Shown: in pieces, positions 11,316-22,317 of the stretch
Layout: each line of letters opens with the position of its first letter
Position numbering within the stretch: position 1 is the first letter of the stretch
DNA from: Paraphysomonas bandaiensis
Taxonomy: Eukaryota; Protista; Chrysophyceae
Reading direction: 5' to 3'
DNA length: 29,517 nucleotides
Assembly: GCA_965644295.1 (NCBI GenBank)
Contig: CBFFRP010000665.1
Coordinates: 1 to 29,517 of the forward strand
Program-made: the position numbers and the translations under genes
The notes under the pieces: generated by a model
What the model was told of the DNA's origin: nothing
The model's input: only the letters and a program-made list of their open reading frames with translations
Databases searched by the model: none

Positions 11316-11629
11316 GTTATGACACAATTGGATGATTTACTAAGTTAACTGGACGTGTATTCACTCATTAAGCTTATTATAAAATTATAATCAATATCTC
11401 TTCTCATCAATTTCATGTTATCTCTACGTCCAATCGTTTCTCGTATGATCTTACATATCGTCACTATCTTGTATGATCACTATATTGTATTCAGTGTCAT
11501 TACTACAGTAGCCATCATGTTGTTAGTTCTCATAATACTGTTAACCACTACTGTATTCTTCGACTAACGGTCATAATTCCAATGCCTTAGAATTACAGTT
11601 TTTAATCGCTCCAACAGCAGAACTCAACA
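11316..11629 (-). mobile_element. Diverged 5' LTR of the older host element (last 6 nt displaced to 9239-9244)
   Basis: Starts TGTTGAGTTCTGCTGTTGGAGCG on the minus strand; clearly homologous to the 268-bp LTR, with substitutions and extra sequence. Confidence 0.88.
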
Positions 11630-11847
11630 TAATACTGTCTGATAAACCGATGTTCATCAGATGTTATACATTAATGTGATTTTTTTAGAATAATTCTTTC
11701 TTGGAAGTACGTTCTGTGCAACAAAGTAAGGTTAAGGTTTACGTGTAGAGCAATTTTAACAAGTAAGAAGTACACTTTACTCTTACTGCCGCATTAATTA
11801 TCAACTAAAAGTCCTCTACAATCTACAATACCACTATTATACTATTT

Positions 11848-14800
11848 TTAAGGGCGGTCGAACCCAATACAACTGAACTGAAGTGCGTTCTTGATGGCCC
11901 GCTTCATCTGATATAAAAATATTAAATCAAAAAGTACTACATATATAGTGACGTACTTCATCCAGTGTTTTGTACTCTGGTAGATATAAATGTTTGTCAC
12001 ATGTTTGAGCCTCTGGGAGAGAGTTTACCGGGTCAAATGTACTCCTCAGTGCAAGTGGCTTCTTTGACTCCATGCGAGATATAGTCATCTGATGTTGTAC
12101 ATAAAACGATCGTGAGTTAGTCATAACTTTTACAAGCACTAAACTTTACCTCCTCGTTATCATCTCCCCCGAAACCCCCACTGGGAGGCACACTGTTCCC
12201 TGTCCAGAAGAGCAAAAGGTTTCTCAAGTCCAAGTCACTCAGACTGTGCTCAAGCAAATGCCAGAAAAGTTTTATCACTCGGTGATTAGCGTGATAACCA
12301 TTACTATAAAGCACATGAATACGAAGACTTTCTACATCAATGCAACTATCCCCTTTCAAAAACACCCAATATGCTTGCTACTGAGGATATTCAGTAGATA
12401 CTGAGGTATAACCCGCAATAAGCCGGTACGTATCTCCCTCAGACTCGCTTCCATGCCTTGAGAGAGACTTCGGGCTCGACAGTAGAGGTTCACGTACTTC
12501 GCCTTGTTACTAGAGTCAACTTTAACTTGAGCCCCATCCTTCACGAGCTCCACATCCTGAGTGAGAAGGGATTGCGTACATACATCCCACACAAGTCTAG
12601 TACCGACAAATGTAAGATCCATTGCTTGTAAGTCATCATCACTTAGGTCGTTGAGAATAACACCTAAACTGCGACACGTTGATTCGTCGCTACCACAGAG
12701 CTCCTGCCACGTGATTGCTCCACTATAGTCACCATCTCTTGCTTGCCCTTTTGATCTCATGACCTGTTGGTCAAGTAGGATTTTCCATATGTAATGCGGC
12801 ATGCCCACTCCTATGGGGCAGCAGTTCCGTATGTAATATCCAATCAGAACTCCCACACATCTAAACATCGAGATTGCCATCTTTTGTGCTTGCTTTCGCC
12901 TCATCCTACCTTTATTTTTGGCACTGCTGCCGTCCTGTTCTGCACGCTGAACTAAGGGGGGATGATCCGTCTTCTCCATAATCCTTGCCACTACATCTGG
13001 CAAGTCAACAGGAACAACACATTCTGGGTGACTGTCTCCAGACGAACGGAAAAGTGGGAAAACAGTGGACAGAGGTACACTGCTGAAATGACCCCTTTGT
13101 TTCTTCTTTTTGTTAAACGACTGTCCCTGTCCACATTCCTTGTACGATGTCTCAGTTAAGGGCTCCTGTTTGAGTATTTGTCTCTCCCCTTCCACCATAT
13201 CCGTCAGAGATGTGGATGTGATAGGAGCGGTGTTGAAGAATACTCGGCACATTTCAAGAAATTCCTTTACTGGACCCGGACCTACTCCTGCCTCTCCCTC
13301 ATAGAGAATGGATAAATTGACTGCATGAAGGTTCTTGCTGTTGTCGAGAAGGAGTTGCTGTAGAACCGACTCAGCCCACACAGGCGGATCTGTAAACCGA
13401 TTTAGGTGTATCTCAAAGTCCTGATAGCGTTGCTCGGTGCTTGAGGAGTCTTCTAGCATTGCATCGTCTACTCCAGACTCCATCATATTCACCACATAGT
13501 CCAAGCGCTGACAGTCATCCAGCACCCAGGGTACTCGTAGGAGAAATGGCAAGTGGGAAGATAGAAGACCTTCCTCCGCAACGTCGGAGGTACTGTCTAC
13601 GAGACAAGCAATTCCGTCCTTTCTGGACTTACACAAATCCACGAACAAACTTGGCGTGTGAGCGATATGAGTGCCACCAGCGATATAGCGTAGTGCCAAG
13701 TCTGGACCATTCCTGGCGAGGGCACGGCGAGACCGTTTGTACTCATCAGGGGAGCTTTCAGAGACACGCTCAGATGCAGCCCCCATCATTAGACCCCAGC
13801 CTGATTCATGTGCAGTATTTCCGCCCCTCATCTTGTTGTCCCTTCTACCAACTGTCCTGATGCGCATTCCACTGGGAATCACTTTTGTGCAGTCATCTGC
13901 GACCATCCACACATACATGCCTCGGAGAAGTGTCGCGAGACGCCCCCCATCGTCAACAGATGCCATAAGCAGTGACAACATCTGGTCTACCCCGTGCCAC
14001 ACTCCCATGATCTCATTGCACAGTACTCCTGCTACGTATCTCAACAGCGAAACATTCACCTTAGCAGTTTTGTTCTTCTCCGCAGCCCTTCCACCTGGGA
14101 TTAGTGGGAATTCTCCCGGATAAAGTACTCCACCCTCTTGCAGCACAGTAGAAACGGAAACTACTCCCACTGATCGACGATACACGGAATGGTTTTCGAT
14201 AGGTTGTGCACATTCGACAGCCGTTGATTCGGGGCTCGTAGAAGTAGAGGCTTTCCCAAGTTCATTCTTCATCGTAATGTCACTGCTCCTCCTTTTCTCA
14301 TTGTTACGTTTTTTCTTTCTTATCTTTTTCTGAGTACTTTTAGTCACTTTGTAAGTACTCCTCATTTCCATACATATTAAGCGATGGATAGCAGGGAGCC
14401 TTGGAACTAAGACACACAAAAGGAGTTCAAGTAGTGCATCAAACATCTCCTCCTCATAGTTGTCTAGCCCTATTCCCTTTGAGTCAACAACTTGCCCAGT
14501 GATCCCAAAGAGTAGTGAAAAACCAAGACTGCTAAGTCTCTCAAAAATTAGCGCTGCGACTGCCGGGTGACAGAGGCCTGGCAAAGGATCGCAAGACACA
14601 TCAACAATTACGAAGCTGTTGTAGTAAGAGGGAATCTTTTGCTTCAGGAACTCCTCTTGTCCCATCTATTCTGCCGTTTTCCCTTAGCTTGTTTCTCGCT
14701 GCCACAAGCAGGACTTATATTCTCGTGGCTGGGACAACACACATCTCTTGATAACTCGGCAGCTTCGGGAAATAATGCCTTTTGCCAGCGTGAAAAATTG

Positions 14801-16815
14801 CGGACATCCAGTGGGCTTTCCCCATTGCTTGAACTCATGCCCAAACTTTCTCGCATTTCTTTCTCTGCTTCCAGAAGTGACAAAGTCGTGAGTTCCTATC
14901 GCAACATCATGAGCTTCGAATACACCCCATGTATCATTCTGATACATGCCTGTATAATATGAGCCCACAATCTAATGTGCTTGTTCTTCACACTTGGATG
15001 CATCGCCAAAAGGCACCACATTACTGTATACAATGTTAGAGTGTCGTTTCAGCACAAGCGATAAAATATTTACTACTGCACATACATGCTCTAAGAGTTC
15101 TTGAGTTGCATGGATGGTTAAAAAAAGTTCTCCAATTATGGTCCTCGTTAAGCAAGGGCAATAGGTGGGAGTCCACAGTTTGACGTGGAGGTCGGATGCT
15201 TCGCCCGTATATCCTTGCCGCCTCCAGAGCAATCTGAGACAAAGGCAATGACAATGCTATAGCCACGAGAGTATAAACACTAAAGGAGAACCATTGCAAA
15301 GGGGATCATCTCATCTGATTCGGGGTCGAATCCAGGGTCGGTATAACCTCCGTCTTCATCGTCGTCGCCTCCTTCTTTGCTCTCCCCATTAGATCTCCTG
15401 CCTGTTGCAGCTCTCCTAGCAGGACCTTCTTCAGATACGTTGGATGTAATAATTCCCATTTCACTACTACTGGGGTTGTCGTTTGTAGACATGAACGAGC
15501 TAATTTCCCACTGCACAGATACAAAGTGCTGTGAACACGGCGAGAATACAAATAAGCAACTGGCGCACCGATGAGGTCTTGAAATCTCTTGAGAGCAACT
15601 CCAGTAGTGGAAACACTCCGTGTTGTCTAATCAAAACACACCATCCTTCCCTATAAAATACACCAAGTTCAAGTATTCAGATACAACATGCATAGCACGG
15701 AGTCTTACGAGTGTGTGAGTCCATAAGAAGGTAGCAGAGAAGACTCGACACCCATAGCGTTACTCAGTAGCATTAACACATTCTGACATCGCTCAATTCT
15801 TGCCGAGTCCCAATTCTCATCCAAAGGTATTTCATCTGGACCAACTGACAATCTACTGTCGTTTCCTTCAGAAGGGTCATGTGCCCAGTAGCTGTTATCC
15901 GAGCCTCCACAGGCACTGTCCTCATCTTCGTCAATATCAGACTCATCATCGCTCGCACTAGAGCTGCTGCTTCCACTGCTTGAGTCGTCGCTAGTACTAG
16001 AACCGTTGCTACCACTGCTTGTGTCAGTGCTTGCAATGGTTATTGACTTCGTATCATCATCGTTTTCAGTCATATGGTCGTTTACACTGGAACAATTTAT
16101 TAGATATCCGTATATCACATCATACATGCACCTTCAATATATAGGTTGGTGGTCACTACATTCACACGTACCCGAGTTGACTAAACATGCGACAGCGTCT
16201 CCTAATGCAATTAATTCGGCACGCCACCAGTTGTGCTTCAACGGCTTGTAGAGGACTGTCTCCGGCGTCGTCTAAACTTCGTAGAGAGTCCTCACAACGA
16301 GTTAAGAGCAAACGAACGACATCTATAAGCCCTCGTGTTGAGGCTAGGTGCAAGCAAGAGAGGGGGGCTTCAGCTGCTGCACGCCATTCGCTACCTCTTT
16401 CGCCATCTAGAAGTAGCAGCAGCAATGAAACAATTTCGCTCTCTTCGCAGCCAGAGCAGAGCATGTCATGGACTGCTCTGGGATACATGCTCGGGGTGAT
16501 GTGCTCTGCCAAAATCGCAAGTATTTCCGTGTTTTTCACAGATAATGCGATACTCCAAGGAGTCTCCCCAGAAGAAGAAGCAGTGGATACATCCGCCCCA
16601 TGCTCGAGGAGTGATTTCATGACAGCCGTCTCTTGAAGTTCGATCGCTCTCATGAGAAACGTAACGCCAGTGAGTGTCTGTATGGGCGTATTGATGTCTT
16701 CAGCAGACATATTCGGAATAACACTCAGACACCCATTTCGGTCCCCTGAAGTGGCGAGATGAGCGAGATGAGCCACTGCAGGAGGTAAGCTTGTGTTTCC
16801 AGCCGAGAGATCCAT
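11848..16815 (-). CDS. Ankyrin-repeat + HECT-domain E3 ubiquitin ligase, multi-exon, with several frame disruptions (possible young pseudogene)
   Basis: N-terminal ankyrins (GVTFLMRA, GETPWSIA, CLHLASTRG, GDSPLQA); HECT motifs YEGEAGVGPGPVKEF, ELVKDGAQVKVDSSNKAKYV, FWTG, LPEAQTCDKHLYLPEY; terminal exon 11907-11848 ending GFDRP*. GT-AG introns near 11908-11954, 12089-12149, 15651-15707 and 16132-16170. Start at 16815 is inferred. Confidence 0.8.
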
Positions 16816-17329
16816 ACAGAGATACGGACACTCAGATATACGCAGATGATAAGATGATCGTGTGGGCAATGGGCCGTAGAGTGGTTGTGAACGGTTACGA
16901 GTGCATGTGTGATGTTGCAGATATGGACTCGTCGCTCTGTCTCTCTGCATGTCTGGCCGGGCTGCTCTGCATGTGTATGCGTGTACTGGGCTGCTGGGTA
17001 TGTATATGTGTGTCCTACACTGTATAGACATTCGACTGTACACCATACAGCGTCCTGTAGGAATATTCCTACATGTATACCTATACCAGGCATATGTATA
17101 TGGACCACATCGAGACATCTACACGTCTACGAAGACATGGACAACTCAGACTGCTGTATCTCGTGTATATACATATACATACGTAGTATAATACAACGTA
17201 TTCAAAGAACTGTACATATATATATACCAATACAGTATACAGTACATATACATATACAGAGTACTACGTACTGTATGCTGTGTATGGCTCTATGCAGTAT
17301 ATGTATACAGTACTCCGTATGCTATCTAT

Positions 17330-17935
17330 GTCTATCTATATGTATGTATAAGTATATGGCTATATGCTGTATGCAGTATATGTAGGCAGTATATGTATGT
17401 ATATGTATGTATATGTATATGGCTATATGCTGTATGCAGTATATGTATGCAGCAGTATATGTATGTATATGTATATGGCTATATGCTGTATGCAGTATAT
17501 GTAGGCAGTATATGTATGTATATGTATGTATATGTATATGGCTATATGCTGTATGCAGTATATGTATGCAGCAGTATATGTATGTATATGTATATGGCTA
17601 TATGGCTATATGCTGTATGCAGTATATGTATGTATATGTATATGGCTATATGCTGTATGCAGTATATGTATGTATATGTATATGGCTATATGGCTATATG
17701 CTGTATGCAGTATATGTATGTATATGTATATGGCTATATGCTGTATGCAGTATATGTATGTATATGTATATGGCTATATGCTGTATGCAGTATATGTATG
17801 TATATGTATATGGCTATATGCTGTATGCAGTATATGTATGTATATGTATATGGCTATATGCTGTATGCAGTATATGTATGCAGTATATGTATGTATATGT
17901 ATGCAGCAGTATATGTATGTATATGTATATGGCTG
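17330..17935. repeat. TATG-rich 40-bp minisatellite in the divergent HECT/RPC6 intergenic region
   Basis: Exact 40-bp periodicity at 17701, 17741, 17781 and 17821, with indel variants elsewhere. Confidence 0.92.
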
Positions 17936-18005
17936 GCATGCATATATTAACATCCACAGCTCCCTCTACCGATATACATATACACCATCCTACTCATAGC
18001 CAGGG

Positions 18006-19138
18006 ATGTCTCTGCAGGACCAGTTATTGCAGATCCTGCACAGCAGTGAAGATGGCGTGTCTGATAATGATCTGAAGCAGCAGTTTGGAGACAGCTACAG
18101 CAGCCTCGTGCCCATAATAAACGAGCTGCTTCGGACCAATCACATCCAGCTATTCCTTCAGGGGGGCGTTCTATTCTATCGGGCGATAGAAGAGGCCATT
18201 GCAGCTAAGCTAGAGGGACTGGGGTGAGCTAACGGGCCGCGTGTGTGTTGTATGGCTCATATGTATGTATGTGTATCACAGACCGGAGCAGATGCTGGTA
18301 TATCAGATATGTGAGAAGGCGGGTAACAGGTACTGATACAGAAGAGATGTTGATGATCTGTGTGATGTGCTTATGTGGGGTGCAGAGGTATATGGACGCG
18401 TGATATAAAAATTGCTACGAACTGCCCGCAGCACACTCTCACAAAGACACTGAAAATTCTTGAACAACGAAATCTCATCAAGTCGGTGCGGTCTGTGACA
18501 AGTAAATCAAAGAAACTGTACATGCTCTACGACACGGTGCCAGCTAAGGATATTACTGGTGGGCCTTGGTACACTGATCAGGTGACCGTATTTTGTTGTC
18601 GACAAGGCGATATGATTGATGATAATGACAGGAGTTCGATCATGAGTTTGTAGACGAACTGGCACGATTCATAGTACAATTTGTGAGTAGTGAGGGCATG
18701 GCAAGTGTCAGTGATATTAGTGCGAAAGTCAGAATTAGCGGTATATCTAAGGTAAATTCTGCTGTGCATGGTGTGCGAAGTTTTGACAGTTTTGTAGATC
18801 GAGTTGTCAGGGGACGAGATCGATCTCGTTCTTCAGACCTTGGTATTTGATGGCAAACTCGAAGAAGTAAAGCATGCAGTGGTGGCATTAACGGGTCAGG
18901 GCGGGAAAATGTACAAGGTATAATCCTATTGTCGGAATGATAAGTTTCATATTTTTTCTAGGTATCAGCACCTATACATCCACCCAACCACTATACAGCT
19001 GTACCATGTGGAGTATGTCCTGTGTATGAGCAGTGCCACGATGGTGGAGTGATTTCCCCACAGTCTTGTGTGTACATGTCACAGTGGTTGCAGATGTCGG
19101 CTGAGGAAGGTGTGTCGCCTATAGAAGACCTGTTTTAG
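18006..19138 (+). CDS. POLR3F: RNA polymerase III subunit RPC6 (C34/RPC39), 6 exons, ~292 aa
   Basis: Exons 18006-18223, 18282-18329, 18386-18581, 18632-18751, 18798-18917 and 18962-19138 splice in frame; motifs AGNRGIWTRDIK, KKLYMLYD..P...ITGGPWY, and the C-terminal Cys cluster PCGVCPVYEQCHDGGVISPQSC. Confidence 0.95.
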
Positions 19139-19604
19139 TTAGTCGTGTCTTGTTAGTCGTAGTGTGGTCTTAGTTTGTGTAATAATGTTGTACTTATAGT
19201 CATTTCTTTTTCGAACTACTTAGGAGTGACTGTGTAGTCTTATCTTCAAATATTATGATATGTAGAGTTGCTCCTAGTTCCTATATCAACATCAAACATA
19301 CTACTCCACTTAATAGACCAGTCATACCAAAATTTACTCCTACTTGCTTACTCAATACTCAACCTAGCTCTTATTCAATGTTCAAACCTATAAATACTAT
19401 TTCTGTGCCTAGATAACTCGTGTTTCAACACTCCGATTAGTATGCATGTACACACTTATTATAGAATACTGCATGCTATAATAGGAAAATTGAAGCAGAT
19501 TAATGCTTTTTGTTACCAAAAAGGGTCAATGTCATACGATGGTCCTTTATCTTTGAGGTTCTGTTCAAGAAGTTTTGTATAAAAGATTCTGTATCAAGAA
19601 TCAA

Positions 19605-19879
19605 CAGGGCCAGTCAACAATATATTGCAAGCAAAAAATAAAAATAATATTTCAATAATAATATTATGTTGCAAGATATTGATATATATAATTGTTCGAT
19701 GTTATAATAGTAGATGAGTTATGTGATTATGAAGTGTTGCTTATGATTAATCAAGTATATTTTTTATGACACACTAGCATGAGCAATATATATTGCTACA
19801 ATAATAATCAATATATTGTAGAAAGCAAGAATAAACAATTGCAATATATTGCAATCCAATATATTTTTGACTGGCCCTG
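19605..19879. mobile_element. hAT-type MITE, 275 bp
   Basis: 23-bp TIRs CAGGGCCAGTCAA(C/A)AATATATTG with one mismatch; 8-bp TSD AGAATCAA (19597-19604) / AGAGTCAA (19880-19887); AT-rich non-coding interior. Confidence 0.88.
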
Positions 19880-20663
19880 AGAGTCAAAGCCCACCGGATG
19901 TAGTGACTGCTATGATTCCTACTGTGTGGCAGAATTCCGATACCACCGCCCTCGTAGACGACTTGAGGAATGTACTTCCCATACATGTGAGCGCCTGCAG
20001 CTAGGCTTATTATCTCAGTGCTAGGCAAACATATGTATTCTACTACACTTATTAGTATTAATGTATTAATAATATGATGTTGTTTCTGAAAGCTAATCCA
20101 CACTTAGCACCTCCTCGATTGGAGGCCCTTATGTTCTTGCGCTTTACTAGACTTCTGTGGAATGCAAGTACAGTTGAAGATGCTATACGTGCCTGTAATG
20201 AGTAGCTTATTTTTAATTAGACAATAATTGGCAATTGAATTGCAATTAATTGTTACACACCCCTGATGGTCGGACAATTTTGAATCATTATATTTTATAT
20301 TCAACCTAGACACTTCAAATTATTAACTTCACAAATATATATTTCAGCCAAACTACTGAACCATGTCGTATAGTGACTCTATCTACGGTTTCATGTTTCA
20401 TAGTGGGAACAACGGGGATATGCTTAGCAAAAAGAACGACGTATTCTGTGTATTTCAATATGGAAGGGAAATTATATTTATCACAACTTATAATCACTGA
20501 ATGATCCAATAATGTATTCTCAATGTATAATCACTCATCAAAACAGGGTTGTAGAGGTACACTGCAGAGCGACACCACTCAATGGTTCGATATGCAATTC
20601 ATCAGCCGCGTTGCGAGTTTGTTGGTGCGGTACTTCTAGCTAACTATGAAGACAGGACAGGAA

Positions 20664-21561
20664 TTATTTCCCGTTTGCGGAGGTCAGGCCAACATGTCCA
20701 TTGCTACCGTCCTCCTCTGCGAATACAAAAGTACCAGTCTGTACGCAACACACATTCGGGTCAGTCATACATTATCTGACAAGCACCCACACACGACACA
20801 TACCTTTAGTTGCTTCTCGATTCTGTCCATTTCCTCCCGGGTGGTGGCGCTCTCTATCGCCCGACGCACTTGCTCCCTCTGACTCTCAGTCAGACGGGAG
20901 GCCGCACTCATTCTAGCCTGTTGCTTCTCCTGCTCAGCTGCTTGGTGCTCTTCTTGTACACTGGATATAACACCTTGGCCCTCCGAGCTCTCAAAAAGAG
21001 TAGCAGCAGCTTCACGTTCCACTTTTTTAACCTTAACGAAGTCCAGAAATTTCAACTGCGGCATCTTGTGAATGACGTAGAGTCTATAATGAGGTCGCTG
21101 CGTCACAGGGTTGTCCATCAAACTCAGACACTCTAAATTTTGCAGGGATGCTATGTTGTCTATCTCAGAAAGATTAGCTATTCTGTTATTGGTGAGAACT
21201 AGAGTATTCAGCTGAGGAAGATTCTCTCCGATGCTTCCCACGCGGAATACATAGTTGTTGTTCACCAACAGAGTCGTCAGTCTTCGCATGCGAGGGAAGT
21301 TATCGAGTATGCGGATCTCATTATCAGAAAAATCAATGACATCAAACTGATCCTGCAGCACGCTGAGGTTCTCAACAGCCGGCACTTTAAACCCTATACG
21401 GCATCATTACTCATTAAAATCATAGTGATATATCGCACCTCTTAGAAATAACTCTCGCTCTCTGACTGGATTGAGATAACTCTCAGCCCTCTGCTATAAG
21501 TCAGATAAACAGCAACATCATGAGCATCACGCACCAGCAATACATCCGCTGTGAGCCGCAT
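20664..21561 (-). CDS. SNRPA1: U2 small nuclear ribonucleoprotein A' (LRR protein), 4 exons
   Basis: Exons 21561-21535, 21490-21439, 21393-20804 and 20738-20664 give MRLTADVLLRAESYLNPVRERELFLRGFKVPAVENL...DQFDVIDFSDNEI...HYRLYVIHKMPQLKFLDFVKVK... Confidence 0.95.
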
Positions 21562-22317
21562 CGCAATACCGTCAACTAGGAAGACTCACAGATCGATTGG
21601 TGTGCAATGGATTGTATTTAATGGAAGGACGGAGCGGAGGTGTGTGCAGACCGGACCGTCGAGACGACTGTGATGCACTGGAGCCGGATGTGTGTGTAGT
21701 GCAGTGCGGAGTATGCGTGTGTGTATGTATGCAAGCACAGGAGCTGGGTGTGCTTGACTGTGGTATACACTCTGTATACCCATGAATACAGTGGAAAGGA
21801 TGGGCTGCTCCACACAACCACTGCACTGATGTCTCACTTTTCAGGATTCGAGATGGAAAACTCTGAAAAAAGAGGAAATATATAAAAATACAGTGTTTTT
21901 TTGTATCGACCGAAATTATACGCAGTTTTTATGCATAGAAAAACTCATCCGTAATTTTTTACCATATTTCTTTAAGGTCGGTATGTACGTACAGCTGTAA
22001 CCGTTACGTTAGAAGGTTGGTTGCAAAGTCTCGACTTCGTCTTCGCGTGTCGTGACGGACTTCATCATCACGCCAACTTCGTGTGTGTTCATCCATACAA
22101 AGCGCTCCATAGTAGCACATAAATAACTTCGACTTCAACTTCGTGTTCGTGTGTAGTACTTGAATTGTACAGTGCTGAGCTGCTTCATCTAGAGGCTCTG
22201 CGTATCTAGAGGCTCTGCGTATCGCTATACACACATACATACTGCTATATATTCGTGTGACTCTCTGTCGTCAGTTGGAGGTGTTTCTACGTGTAATCCA
22301 CTTATCCAAGTATCCTC

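Larger units (their letters stand above)
1..11629 (-). mobile_element. Decayed, internally deleted Ty1/Copia LTR retrotransposon (older host element), interrupted by a nested young element (9250-11315) and a composite insertion (1284-8675); 3' part runs off the left edge
   Basis: Split 5' LTR (11629-11316 plus 9244-9239), PBS at 9226-9238, leader/gag-like remnant 9225-8604 homologous to 11034-10730, and integrase remnants 1211-386, all on the minus strand in Copia order. That both sides belong to one element is inferred from orientation and the shared 72-bp S segment. Confidence 0.7.

Noticed and set aside
20010-20560. Further hAT-like ends (CCCCTG near 20265, CAGGGTTG near 20544)
   Set aside because: No matching partner TIR or TSD found.
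22187-22220. 17-bp tandem duplication ATCTAGAGGCTCTGCGT
   Set aside because: Ordinary slippage duplication with no further support for function.
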